Part shown: piece by piece, positions 10,704-20,967 of the stretch
Layout: every line of letters begins with the position of its first letter
Position numbering within the stretch: position 1 is the first letter of the stretch
NCBI GenBank assembly: GCA_964612595.1
Contig: CAZTFB010000001.1
Coordinates: forward strand, 131,058-195,057
Reading direction: 5' to 3'
Length of the DNA stretch: 64,000 bases
Origin: an uncultured Gammaproteobacteria bacterium
GTDB lineage: Bacteria > Patescibacteriota > Microgenomatia > UBA1406 > HO2-37-13b
Position numbers and translations under genes: made by a program
The notes under the pieces: generated by a model
The model's input: the letters and a program-made list of their open reading frames with translations, nothing else
The model's database searches: none
Told to the model about the DNA's origin: nothing

Positions 10704-13042
10704 AATTTTTTCTCACAGTCGTGGATAAGCGCACGAGTTCTATCCACAGCGTCTGGATTAAGTGAAAGACTTGTAACCCCCCACTCAACAAGTTTTTCAA
10801 CTATGTCGGGATAATCAGAAGGAGCTTGACCACAAACAGAAACGGTAACGTTATGTTTTTTAGCCTTAGTAATAATGCGCTTTAATGCCCAGAGTACGGC
10901 TGGATTTTGTTCTGAGTATATGTGTGACACATAACTACTATCACGATCAACACCAAGGAGAAGCATGGTAAGGTCGTTGGTGCCGATAGAGATACCATCT
11001 ATGCCCATTTCGAGGAACTCGTCGAGAAGGATTACAGCAGATGGTACTTCAACCATCATCCATAGTTTAAAAGAAGGAAGATCGAGCAGATTATGCTCAC
11101 GTAGGATACTTTTAATATGCATTAGCTCAAAGGGTGTTCGCACAAAAGGAATCATTAAATGTAAATTCTTATAGCCGTTGTTGCGCACCTTCTTTATAGC
11201 TTCAAGTTCCATATCAAACACTTCCTTCCACACAATATATCGCGACGCACCTCTAAAGCCTAACATAGGATTCTCCTCGACTGGTTCATATTTTTTTCCA
11301 CCCTCGAGATTTCTATATTCGTTAGATTTAAAATCCGTCGCGCGATACACAACAGGTCGAGGACTAAACGGCTTCACAACCTTCTCTAGCTGAGTAGCAA
11401 GCCTATCGATAAAAGCCCTCTGTTTTCCTTGCTCCACTATCAATTTTGGGTGGATACCAATATCTGCCATAATGAATTCGGCACGCATTAATCCCACACC
11501 TTCGACATCTAGCTTAGCGAGCTCTTCTGCCTCTCCAACTTGAGCAAGATTTATATAGACCTTGGTGTGCGTGTGAATTTTCTTATGAGCAGCATCCTTT
11601 TCAATCTTCTTTTCTGCTGCTGTCTGCAACTTGAGCTTTAGTACACCTTTAAATACCTCACCCGTTGTGCCATTTACTGTCACGTCTTCTTCTTTCGACA
11701 GTATTTTTGTCGCATGTTCCGCACCAACTACTGCTGGAATTCCCAACTCACGCGACACAATAGCTGCGTGAGAGGTTCTGCCACCTAATTCTGTAACGAT
11801 GGCTACTGCTTTCTTCATTGCGGGAACATAATCAGGATCAGTCATAGGAGCTACCAGAACGTCGCCTGGCTTAATTTTATCTATTTCGTCTGGTGAGTGA
11901 ATTATGACTGGTTTGCCTGTTGCAAATCCAGGCGATGCGGGAGAGCCGGCAACGAGAATCTCATGGTTACCAACTTCTAGCGGTGAGAAATTTTTCTCAA
12001 GTTTTTCATCAGCAGTTTCTTTATGAATAGTTGTTATGGGGCGCGATTGCACAATGTAAAGCATCCCTTTTTCATACGCCCATTCAATATCTTGAGGGAA
12101 GTTATAGTGCTTTTCTACGTTAATAATGATGGAGGCAAGTCGTTTTATATCGTCATCCTCAAGTTTTTGCTCAATACCCTCGCTCTTTGGGACAGATACT
12201 TCTTCATTATCAACCCCTTTTTTTATTAATTTAACGTGTTGCTGCTTTATTTCTTTCTTAACTATGCTAAGGTCACTCTTTTTTATCTCATAATGATCTG
12301 GTGTAACCTTTCCTCCTACAATGTACTCACCCAGCCCATATATTGACTCAATCGTGACAACCTCTCTACTGTTGGTCATTGGATCGATAGAAAAGGCAAT
12401 GCCAGATTTTTCAGATTGCACCATACGCTGAACAACAGCCGCAAGCCCAACTTTCATATGATCATACTTCTGATGGTGTCTGTAGTACATAGCCCGCTCA
12501 GTAAACAATGATGCCCAACACGAGCGAACCTTCTCTATTAGATGATTCTCACCGTGCACATTTAAAAATGTTTCTTGCTGCCCGGCAAATGATGCGTCAG
12601 GTAAATCCTCAGCTGTCGCAGACGAACGTACTGCCACCAATGGAGCTTTGAAACTTGAGGCAAGGTGTTGAGCTGCTTGATTAAATGAAGAGTTCTTATA
12701 TATCTGTGCTTCCTTTTCCATAAGGTGCAGATAGTGATGCGTTATGGTGTGCAGTAAATCCTTTGGTACATCAGCAGTCTTGATCATGCGCTTAATGGCG
12801 TCTGAACCTTGGGAAAGTTCCTTTGAGTTTTCAAAATTCAAATAGGACAGGATCTTTGCTATGTCTTTTCTAAGATCGTTATACTCAAGGAGATAAAAGT
12901 AAGCTGCTGAAGTAACTACAAAGCCATAAGGCACTGGAAAATTAGCCTGTAGCATTTCACCAAGATTTGCTCCCTTACCACCAACGATACCGACACTTCC
13001 CTTGTCTACCTCTTCAAACCACACCACATACTTCTTTTGCAT
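10682..13042 (-). CDS. ppsA: Phosphoenolpyruvate synthase (pyruvate, water dikinase)
   Basis: 786 aa. GGKGANLGEM ATP-grasp region, phospho-His loop GGRTSHAAIVSRELGIPAVVG, C-terminal PEP-utilising barrel (GTNDLTMLLLGVDRD). Length fits PpsA rather than PPDK. Confidence 0.9.
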   Translation of the reverse strand: MQKKYVVWFEEVDKGSVGIVGGKGANLGEMLQANFPVPYGFVVTSAAYFYLLEYNDLRKDIAKILSYLNFENSKELSQGSDAIKRMIKTADVPKDLLHTITHHYLHLMEKEAQIYKNSSFNQAAQHLASSFKAPLVAVRSSATAEDLPDASFAGQQETFLNVHGENHLIEKVRSCWASLFTERAMYYRHHQKYDHMKVGLAAVVQRMVQSEKSGIAFSIDPMTNSREVVTIESIYGLGEYIVGGKVTPDHYEIKKSDLSIVKKEIKQQHVKLIKKGVDNEEVSVPKSEGIEQKLEDDDIKRLASIIINVEKHYNFPQDIEWAYEKGMLYIVQSRPITTIHKETADEKLEKNFSPLEVGNHEILVAGSPASPGFATGKPVIIHSPDEIDKIKPGDVLVAPMTDPDYVPAMKKAVAIVTELGGRTSHAAIVSRELGIPAVVGAEHATKILSKEEDVTVNGTTGEVFKGVLKLKLQTAAEKKIEKDAAHKKIHTHTKVYINLAQVGEAEELAKLDVEGVGLMRAEFIMADIGIHPKLIVEQGKQRAFIDRLATQLEKVVKPFSPRPVVYRATDFKSNEYRNLEGGKKYEPVEENPMLGFRGASRYIVWKEVFDMELEAIKKVRNNGYKNLHLMIPFVRTPFELMHIKSILREHNLLDLPSFKLWMMVEVPSAVILLDEFLEMGIDGISIGTNDLTMLLLGVDRDSSYVSHIYSEQNPAVLWALKRIITKAKKHNVTVSVCGQAPSDYPDIVEKLVEWGVTSLSLNPDAVDRTRALIHDCEKKLWHSLQK

Positions 13043-13083
13043 ATACCTTCACTATAGCTGGAAACACCCTCTTTTTGCAAGCT

Positions 13084-14259
13084 CTATTTAGACGAAATAT
13101 AGGTACGGAGTAAGGTGGAAGAGATTGATGGAACAATCTTATAAGAACGACACGAATAAGGTATAAAGGCTGAATGACCTGCATGCAACACCAAACTCGC
13201 ACCATTGGATTCAATTGATACTTTTCCTGACTTAATATAGATATGTTCGAATGAATCAATAATGTCTATTTGTTTAGGTTGACTTAATGCATACTTATCA
13301 AGATTATAAAATGGTGTTGACAGGAGATTGTTACCAGATTGCACGTGTACTGCATTATGTGGATCGTTAATCAACGGGTCGGTATCAATATTGTCGAAAT
13401 AATCTTCTATGTGAATGGTTCTTATTGAACCATCATCCTTTATCTTACCTTGATCAAAAGATCGAATCGTACATTGAGGATCCATCACATCGTGTTGCAC
13501 CTCGTACACTATATTTCCCTCAGGACAGTGTTCTACATCTTCTTCCCATGAATGGTGAATGCCGCCAGAGCTTAAGTCTATGACCTCATCTTTTTGTATT
13601 TTGAGCGTGTTAACAAACTGTGAAGGGTTGGCATTTTTAATGAATTTTTTAGCCTCATTTCGAGCTGTTACAAGGTCGGTTTGGCCTGATAAGACGCTCT
13701 GGCTAAGCTGTTGCATAAAATTAGCAATCTCATTACAAGTCTGCTTATAGGCGTTTAGATCGGTACCAGGCTTTAAACCATATGTAACAACCCCATCTTC
13801 AAAGTAGTACCACGATTCTGGCTTTGGCAGCCACCTCCCATCTGGTGTGGGTTTTTTTACATGAAGCTGATACGAATTGCCTTTGGATTGGTTAATTTTA
13901 ATCAGTAGGGGCATTTTATGGTAATTTTCCCACACCTTCGGGCCGACGAGAGTTGCTTTATGTTCAGCTACAAGGTCGCTGAGCGTGAGGTGCTCTTTTC
14001 CAGAATAAAATAATGGATTGTTGTCGATAATGTTGTCATTGTCCGGATTTCCTAGCTCAGGAAGATAATCTGTTGAGCTTGTATCATACACATTCGTAAG
14101 CAGCTTGCTTCCGCTGAATAGCTCATAGGATTGCCCAATAGTATAGTCAGCATAACCCGCAATTTTTCCCCATCCCTTTGAATTTATTATGTACGTGCCG
14201 CCCCAGGTTGGCTGGAGAATGAGTTTAGGGATAATAAGAAAAGGTCTATTGGTCTCCAT
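13084..14259 (-). CDS. Class I mannose-6-phosphate isomerase-like cupin (divergent)
   Basis: 391 aa. N-terminal LQPTWGGTYI. Candidate Zn ligands in SYQLHV, PESWYY and GGIHHSW, in the order expected for type I PMI. Assignment is from motif memory only. Confidence 0.55.
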   Translation of the reverse strand: METNRPFLIIPKLILQPTWGGTYIINSKGWGKIAGYADYTIGQSYELFSGSKLLTNVYDTSSTDYLPELGNPDNDNIIDNNPLFYSGKEHLTLSDLVAEHKATLVGPKVWENYHKMPLLIKINQSKGNSYQLHVKKPTPDGRWLPKPESWYYFEDGVVTYGLKPGTDLNAYKQTCNEIANFMQQLSQSVLSGQTDLVTARNEAKKFIKNANPSQFVNTLKIQKDEVIDLSSGGIHHSWEEDVEHCPEGNIVYEVQHDVMDPQCTIRSFDQGKIKDDGSIRTIHIEDYFDNIDTDPLINDPHNAVHVQSGNNLLSTPFYNLDKYALSQPKQIDIIDSFEHIYIKSGKVSIESNGASLVLHAGHSAFIPYSCRSYKIVPSISSTLLRTYISSK

Positions 14260-14267
14260 AAAGCATA

Positions 14268-15053
14268 TTAGTAATTCAGCAAAGTAAGAATCTCTTTGAT
14301 TTTGGTAAATGAGTTTTCATAACCAGCTATTCTTACTCTTCCTATATTGCTTACCTCTGAATACTCTATCATCACCCCAGCCTCGCTTTCCACAATGTCA
14401 TGGGGCGCATAATCATACACATTAATCTTACCCATAGTAAGTGTACCATCAAGAGCGCCAGTCACCATATAATTTCCATAAATCCCCGCAAACATACGTA
14501 CTCGATAAAACGATTCTATTAACTTTTCTAGTACTTCAATTCTTTCTTTGAGGGTTGGTGAGTTACCTCCAAAATCTATATCGATAATAGATTCAGTTGC
14601 CTTACGATTAAGAGACGGATGCACATCTATTCCATTGATGCGAACGCCGTTACCCCTACTTGCACTAAAGAGCTGTTTAGAAACAGGGTTATATATCCCA
14701 CCCAGTACAGGTTCGTTTTGATAAAGAAGTGCAAACTGTGTGTTGAAAAGTGGCATTTGGCTTACGAACTGCTTTGTCCCATCAATGGGATCAATTACCC
14801 AGTTGTAGTCTTCATGCTGCATACTTTGACCTTCCTCAACAATAAATCCTGCGGCCGGATATATTGCTCCAAGTAGCTTTCTCAACATCTCTTCTGCCTG
14901 AACATCGATTTCCGTTGCACTATCACGCTGGTTTTTGTAGGAGATTTTATGGGGATCGAGCCAATGCTTCATTATGTATTCACCTGTCGCTACAAGTCCT
15001 TGTGACGCCTCGGCTTCTAATTTCCTCAGCTCTTCACTCGATAACATAAGCAT
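14268..15053 (-). CDS. Inositol monophosphatase / FBPase-family phosphatase
   Basis: 261 aa. NWVIDPIDGTKQF signature. Confidence 0.8.
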   Translation of the reverse strand: MLMLSSEELRKLEAEASQGLVATGEYIMKHWLDPHKISYKNQRDSATEIDVQAEEMLRKLLGAIYPAAGFIVEEGQSMQHEDYNWVIDPIDGTKQFVSQMPLFNTQFALLYQNEPVLGGIYNPVSKQLFSASRGNGVRINGIDVHPSLNRKATESIIDIDFGGNSPTLKERIEVLEKLIESFYRVRMFAGIYGNYMVTGALDGTLTMGKINVYDYAPHDIVESEAGVMIEYSEVSNIGRVRIAGYENSFTKIKEILTLLNY

Positions 15054-15057
15054 GCAG

Positions 15058-16452
15058 TTAATGCACGTAAGGCTCGGCCTCGTGTTTCAAAATAATAGCT
15101 TTTACTTCTTCGAGTCTCTGGTCAAGAACCTCTTGTGTAGTCGCCTCAAGATTAAGTCTTAGAAGTGGCTCCGTGTTTGACGTACGTACATTAAACCTCC
15201 AATCAGGATACTCTATTGATACTCCATCTAAGGTAGAAATCTCACCGTCACTGAACACGGTTTTAAGGTCCTCAAGTATTTCTTGAGCTTTATCAGTCTT
15301 GAAGTTGAATTCTCCTGACTCCTCACTACGCTTCAGATCTTTAATCAGTTCTGACATTGTCATCCCCGACTCACTTAAGGCTTTAAGTACAATTAAGATA
15401 ATTCCTACTTGTGATTCGGCTCCTCCTGTTGCTTCAAGAAACATATGGCCTGAAGATTCGCCTCCGAAGATTGCGTTTTCTTCTTGTAACTGCTTGGTAA
15501 TAAAAGCATGTCCAACGCGGGTTATCCCTGATACACCACCCATCTCTTCAATAATCTTTTTTGGGGTCATTGTATAGCGAATATCATAAAGAATTTTTCT
15601 CCCAGGGTACTTTTTAAGAAGTTCTTTTGCTACTAATGCTGTAATTATTGAACCAGGGATCATATGACCCTTCTCATCCACAAAAAACATGCGATCACCA
15701 TCTCCATCAGGGGCTAAACCAAGATCAGCCTTCTCTTCGACAACTCTTTTGTAAAGTTCTGAATAATTCTCAAAGACCAATGGATCGGGTTGGTGTGCTG
15801 GAAATGTTCCATCGAGCTCAAAGTTCATGCGAACGAGCTGGCATTGCTCCAGATCATTGAATAATGCATCAATGTACGTTGCTGCCATTGCATTTGCAGC
15901 ATCCGCAACAACCTTTAAAGGTTTGATTCCATCCTTAGAAAAAAGTGTATAGGCATTTTCAAGCTCATCTCTAACCACTCCCTCTACTTTTTCTTCGCTA
16001 CCACCCTCAAACACAACCTTAACACCATCCAGAGCATTCTGCTTTACCTCTTCCATACCACTATTGCCGCCGATTTTGCATACATTGTCGCCCTCGCGAA
16101 TGACAAACTTCATTCCGGAATACTGTGGAGGGTTGTGTGACGCTGTTAACTGAATTCCTGCATCAGCCTTATGGTGCAAAACCGCAAAATAAAATGTTGG
16201 GGTTGATGCCAAACCAATATCTAGAACATGTGCGCCTCCGTCTACAAGGGCCTTTTTGAGAATTGGATATAATTCTGGTGCAGAAACACGCATATCATGA
16301 CCGGTCACAATAGTAATATCTGTCCTACCTAGTTTTGTGTGATAAAAATGAAGAATAGCTTGTGCAATTTGATAGAGGTTGTCTTTGTTGATTTCTGAAG
16401 GAACAATACCCCTAATGTCGTAACTTTTGAAAATCCCCGGAACTATATTCAT
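15058..16452 (-). CDS. Phosphomannomutase/phosphoglucomutase (alpha-D-phosphohexomutase)
   Basis: 464 aa. TASHNPPQYSGMKF phosphoserine loop, APDGDGDRMFF Mg loop, GGESSGH sugar loop. Confidence 0.9.
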   Translation of the reverse strand: MNIVPGIFKSYDIRGIVPSEINKDNLYQIAQAILHFYHTKLGRTDITIVTGHDMRVSAPELYPILKKALVDGGAHVLDIGLASTPTFYFAVLHHKADAGIQLTASHNPPQYSGMKFVIREGDNVCKIGGNSGMEEVKQNALDGVKVVFEGGSEEKVEGVVRDELENAYTLFSKDGIKPLKVVADAANAMAATYIDALFNDLEQCQLVRMNFELDGTFPAHQPDPLVFENYSELYKRVVEEKADLGLAPDGDGDRMFFVDEKGHMIPGSIITALVAKELLKKYPGRKILYDIRYTMTPKKIIEEMGGVSGITRVGHAFITKQLQEENAIFGGESSGHMFLEATGGAESQVGIILIVLKALSESGMTMSELIKDLKRSEESGEFNFKTDKAQEILEDLKTVFSDGEISTLDGVSIEYPDWRFNVRTSNTEPLLRLNLEATTQEVLDQRLEEVKAIILKHEAEPYVH

Positions 16453-16467
16453 GGTATTGTGTGTAAT

Positions 16468-17136
16468 TTATAAATAGAACGTGAATGTTATTTCTAGAGC
16501 TTTATTGAGCTCGTAAACCATTGTACCACTTTTAGTTTGCATTTCAATTTCAACCAGTTTTTTAAAACAGCTTTCAAGCATTTCCGGTTTCCATGCCTTA
16601 GCTTGCGATTTTAGCTTTCCCACTTGCCAGGTGGCAAGCTTTGCTGGTTGACCACCATGTGCCACAATAATTAGCTCTTTGAGCCTGCGCATAAGCATAA
16701 AGTGAATGAGATGAATATCGTTTGTAGCTTGGATAGAACGCAAGGTCTGAATGGTTGACTGTAGGTTGCCGGGTTGGAAGTTATCGAGCAACTTCCATAT
16801 GGAGCTTGATAGCTTGGTTGCAATAATTTTTGCTTTTGGAAAAGCACGTTTCAGCGTACGCTCATCAGTTGTTTCTTCCCAAAATACAACCTCGGGGGTT
16901 GTTTGGAGTGTCACTTCGGCCTGCTTAAGCGTCTCACTTACCATATCTCTCTGCGTCTTCTTACCAAGAGCGTTCTCAAGTACAAAAGCACGCTTTGTGT
17001 CGAATAAAGACGAAGTGTAGCCTATGTCATCTAAACTGTATGAGATTTCGTAACCTTTATCTCGAAGTGATAAAACGTGCGCGGAAAAGAGTTTTCGTGA
17101 TGCTGCTGGATCTTCTCCACAATAAACAGTAATCAT
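16468..17136 (-). CDS. holA: DNA polymerase III delta subunit-like (short form)
   Basis: 222 aa. N-terminal ITVYCGEDPAASRKLF and C-terminal HLIHFMLMRRLKELI..WQVGKLKSQAKAWKPEMLESCFKKLVEIEMQTKSG resemble HolA domains I and III. Recall-based. Confidence 0.55.
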   Translation of the reverse strand: MITVYCGEDPAASRKLFSAHVLSLRDKGYEISYSLDDIGYTSSLFDTKRAFVLENALGKKTQRDMVSETLKQAEVTLQTTPEVVFWEETTDERTLKRAFPKAKIIATKLSSSIWKLLDNFQPGNLQSTIQTLRSIQATNDIHLIHFMLMRRLKELIIVAHGGQPAKLATWQVGKLKSQAKAWKPEMLESCFKKLVEIEMQTKSGTMVYELNKALEITFTFYL

Positions 17137-17639
17137 CCAGATATTCTACTGCATGAGATAGAAATATGACATTCATCTACTCATTTACGTAAAGCTGTCT
17201 ATCTATCGGGATTCTAAACGATCTCGTAATTTCGTGGTACACATTCATAGTTGCTTGATCATCAACAAGAGGGTTTTGAAAATTTGAAAACATCCTCTCC
17301 GAAGTCAATGGGTTACAAAGTGATGCCAAATATCACCTAAATGAAGAGAAGAGATGTTCCTTACACTTGAATAAGTAATATAAAGCCTATAAAAATTTCT
17401 TGCTTGGTATACAACTGGGGTGAATTCTCGAACCGCCTATATCTTGCTTAAGGCGTATGGCTTATGCAATGGAATTTCACTATCCCTCAACAATTATTAA
17501 TATGTGTTTGCTCAGTGACAAGAATAGGACCTATTTTGTGTAAACATTACACGTTTTACCTATCTTTGGACTTCTCAATAAGGAATTTTTAGCCAGAAGA
17601 AAGCCAGAAGATTTTAACTATAAAGAAGTTGAGTATAGG

Positions 17640-18170
17640 CATGAGCGAGGGCTCAAGTTACGGCGAGTTGCCTTGCTGCAATGACCACTTCTCATTTCTT
17701 TCTGACTTCAGGCGCTATCTGCACTTCTTAGCGCTGTGGCCAAATCCACATTAGAGGATTTACTGAAAGTTTGACTCCTTTAGGAAATTGCTTGTTGCGC
17801 CCAAGCAAGATAACGAAGATGATAACGTCATACAATCCAACAACGATGAATTACTGCGTTGAATTGAGGTCTATCAACCCGCCAGTGCCAAGGCCCCTCC
17901 CGACAATGATTGGACAACCATCCCCAGGATCAGCTTGTTGAGCGGCTTGGTAACGAGTACCCAAGCGATGAAAAAAAGGCCAGCTGCGGTTACCTGCTGT
18001 CAAGCGCTCGGGGCGATAGAACTCGTAGCCGTCAGGCAGCCTACAACTACAGCCTGCGTTGCCATCCCGACAAGAAATCAGATGATGTCCTTCATTGTTT
18101 CTCTCCTTGTTCCGAGTTTAAACGCGCTTGCGTCCTACTATCCGAATGGACAGCCTTCTAGACACTATTG
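17640..18170. other. GC-rich (about 50-56%) non-coding or decayed patch in an AT-rich background
   Basis: Composition visibly different from flanking DNA. No intact ORF of 60 aa or more with a credible start on either strand. Contains an RBS+ATG frame (18095 down to 17871, minus strand) interrupted only by three TGA codons. Confidence 0.5.
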
Positions 18171-18255
18171 GTTAATGTTCAAAAGTTACCCATTCAGCTT
18201 GGAAGTGTAGCTTTCCATATATTATTAAAGTTTATAAGTAGGCTTTACTTCTTGT

Positions 18256-18294
18256 CAAAGCAGAATGTTAAAATCAATTTTTAATTCTGCTTTG
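18256..18294. repeat. 39-bp near-palindrome: perfect 11-bp arms CAAAGCAGAAT / ATTCTGCTTTG around a 17-nt AT-rich core
   Basis: Read directly. Arms at 18256-18266 and 18284-18294. Confidence 0.85.
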
Positions 18295-18627
18295 CTCAAG
18301 ACTTGCAGCGATGTTAAAAAATTGAATCAAAAGAAACTGAGTAAAAATATCGATAAGACTGATGTTGTGGTGGTTGCCCCCAAATATGTAGTCATGGAGA
18401 ATGTGTCGCCTATTCTGAATCTGGCTTTAGGCAGTTTGCGAAGAAATATTTGCAAATATATCCAAGTATGCTACCAGGATGAGGCCAATATTCTAATCGC
18501 CAGATTCTTCGTAGGCCACAAGAGAGAAAAGGGCCCTTGACAAATTTCTAACTTTTTGTAAGAATAAGTGACAGTGTTAGTATACTTCGTATTTCTCGTT
18601 GGACAGTATTGATATCACTACATTAAT

Positions 18628-19356
18628 ATGGAACATATAGAGACTTCAGCAACACAACCTACAGAGACTCCAACAACACCAGAACCTGTTTATGATTACA
18701 CCACGCTTCGTGACTTGTCTAGTGAAGATTTGGCTGGCCTTGTAGCTCCTGGACTGAGAATTACTGGTTTTAGAACAGTTGATGACGGTGAAATTTTTAT
18801 TAATGCATGCACTTCAGCTGTGTTCAGAGGACACCTTGATCGAGATGGAGAACCTGCCGCTGACGTTGATCAAGGCCCAATAGCTTTGCATGGAACTGGA
18901 GCTTTAGACACTATACTTAGACGAAGGAGGCGTATGACAAGCAAAAGTATACCTTTTGAAACTGAAGTACTTTCTCCACTCGTGTTCGAACTTTTACCAG
19001 AAAGCACAGATGGATTGACTAATCCCGATAGTATTGTGGGACCACAAATAAGAATCAAAGTTTCGGGAAGAGTTATGACTCATAGACCGGAATTGATGAA
19101 AACGTCCTTTGGAGTTCCGACTAAAACGATTATATTGAATGACGAGGTTATAATCTACATTAGATTAAAAAGAACTAATAGAGGTGCTGAAGAACCTCAT
19201 GTGTATGTAGCTACCAGGCCTCTTGATAAAAATGAAGAGGATCCCAAATTCGATAAAAGAAAAAGGGAATCATCAGAGAGGTGGTTCGGTGCTATTGTAC
19301 AAGCATTGCAGAATCCCTATAGCGCAGGCGCCTTTGGTCAAGGTAAAAAAAGTTAG
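18628..19356 (+). CDS. Hypothetical protein (242 aa), no recognisable domain
   Basis: ATG ORF preceded by a TTGACA (18537-18542) N17 AAGAAT promoter-like sequence. T/P/E-rich N-terminus, RRRRR stretch, basic C-terminus. Confidence 0.5.
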   Translation: MEHIETSATQPTETPTTPEPVYDYTTLRDLSSEDLAGLVAPGLRITGFRTVDDGEIFINACTSAVFRGHLDRDGEPAADVDQGPIALHGTGALDTILRRRRRMTSKSIPFETEVLSPLVFELLPESTDGLTNPDSIVGPQIRIKVSGRVMTHRPELMKTSFGVPTKTIILNDEVIIYIRLKRTNRGAEEPHVYVATRPLDKNEEDPKFDKRKRESSERWFGAIVQALQNPYSAGAFGQGKKS

Positions 19357-19675
19357 ATATATGGCTCGTTTCGAAGATGCCTCCACACGTATTCATTTGC
19401 GCACTCGCTTCAAGTCTACCCTGCCATTTAAAACATTGCGACTCTAGAATAGAGAGCTATTACACCTATTGAGCCAAGTATTTTTTTGGAATCTTGGATA
19501 CACATCAATCAAACGCCATAAACTATGTTATCTCATAGAATTGGAGATCATATAGTGCAAGTGCAACTCACTTTCTGGAGTAGATATGCCGAATTTATTT
19601 CATTCTCTACCATTGCGTCTATAATGTTACATACTTAACAAGCAATGCGATCTTATGTAGTTAATCGGTATTTAC

Positions 19676-20282
19676 ATGCGTCTTATACAAAGGCACTTGA
19701 CATATAGAATCGCAAGATACATTCAAACCCGATATTTAATAAAAAGGGGAGTGGGGATCGATGATTTTCCATATAAGAGGTATGTACTATGTCCACATTG
19801 CGTGAAACCCTTGTTTGGGAGCGCCTCTGAGGGAAGATGCCCAAGTATTACTCTGTCTACCATTACAATAAGCGTGACCATTACTACAGAATGGCTCATA
19901 AAGGCTTTAATGATTATATCTACAAGTTTTTGTTAAAGGACTTTTTTTCCACAGAAACATTGAAAAGCTTATGATTGCTGTTGTGGGTCGTGGAATAAAC
20001 ATCAAATACCAGTGACGAATTATAGGATAATCTAAATAATGAGATTATTCGGCTACAAATGGAAGCCCAATTGACGGCAAGAAAAATCAAAATACTGACA
20101 TCCGAGACCACATTGAATACATGGAGGCAGACCTGATTGAGGTAAAGAGTAATATAAAAGAGTTAACGAAAAGCGCTAATCCGTTTCAAGACGCCTCATT
20201 ATTTGGATTAGTTTTTAACGAACAACCGACTTATGAAGAAATAATTAATAGAACCCTTGATTTAGCCCCTATATTCAAGTAA
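19676..20282 (+). pseudogene. Decayed C-terminal half of a large serine recombinase
   Basis: Fragments in three frames align to the 36982-38703 recombinase. FPYKRYVLCPHCVKPLFGSA matches FPYKKYVLCPSCKNPFLGSA. NPFQDASLFGLVFNEQPTYEEIINRTLDLAPIFK matches NPLVNGAIFGLLFDERPTYQDLLNGTPKLSPLFK. Multiple frameshifts and stops; the catalytic N-terminal domain is absent. Confidence 0.8.
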
Positions 20283-20461
20283 ATCAGCAGTTTGCTTTAT
20301 AAAAAACACTTTCTGTGACCCAAAGGTTCACGCAACCGAACCAAACTTATATAAAGCAGTCCTGAACTTGCAAGACTTATATTTAACCTTCAACAAGGAG
20401 TTGTATGCGCACTATAGTTACTCCGTCTAGGCATACAAACCGAATACGGGACTACTAAAAC

Positions 20462-20926
20462 TTATTTTGACTTCTTACCTGTAGACTCTTTGTAAATGAA
20501 TCTAGACACCTCTGGATCAATTCCAAGACCTAAGAATTGAGCCACTATGTTACGAGCCGAAACTTCATTTGTTATACCATGATCATCTTTCCATATTTTC
20601 GCACCTAGGGCACTACCAAGTTGTTCGTAATGCTTATTAAAGTCATCAACTGCCATATTATTACTGTCCCAGTTATACACATCGACTGCACCCTCAATGA
20701 CTTTCAAAGGTTCTACTTTTGACAATGCCAACTTAATCCTTTCCGAGTGTCTCCAAGCAAGGTAAATAGAACTTATTTGATGACTCAAGGTTTGAAGAGA
20801 GTAGGAAATTCCCCACAACATCCAAAAGAAAATTACATCCTTGAAAGTGTATGAAGCATATAAATAAACTGTAAATACTACCCAAACAATCAGATTGATC
20901 GCTATTTTAAGTTTAGAAAACATCAT
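20462..20926 (-). CDS. Small membrane protein: two N-terminal TM helices plus a ~100-aa soluble tail
   Basis: 154 aa. Hydrophobic segments IAINLIVWVVFTVYLYA and VIFFWMLWGISYSL. Last gene of a co-directional trio. Confidence 0.6.
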   Translation of the reverse strand: MMFSKLKIAINLIVWVVFTVYLYASYTFKDVIFFWMLWGISYSLQTLSHQISSIYLAWRHSERIKLALSKVEPLKVIEGAVDVYNWDSNNMAVDDFNKHYEQLGSALGAKIWKDDHGITNEVSARNIVAQFLGLGIDPEVSRFIYKESTGKKSK

Positions 20927-20967
20927 GTTAATATTACATGTCAGCTTTTTTGATTGCGAACTTATTT

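Noticed and set aside
17415-17445. GGTTCGAG-like string (minus strand) that could be a tRNA T-loop marking an integration site
   Set aside because: No complementary T-stem, acceptor stem or anticodon arm can be built around it. I found no tRNA or tmRNA cloverleaf anywhere in the 17.1-18.6 kb gap.
17591-17610. Direct repeat AGCCAGAAG-AA-AGCCAGAAG
   Set aside because: Only two 9-bp copies with no further iterations, which is too short to distinguish from chance.
18265-18540. 91-aa ORF in the track
   Set aside because: The start codon lies inside the 11-bp-arm palindrome, there is no RBS, the composition is unremarkable, and the ORF ends in the promoter of the next gene. Probably non-coding.
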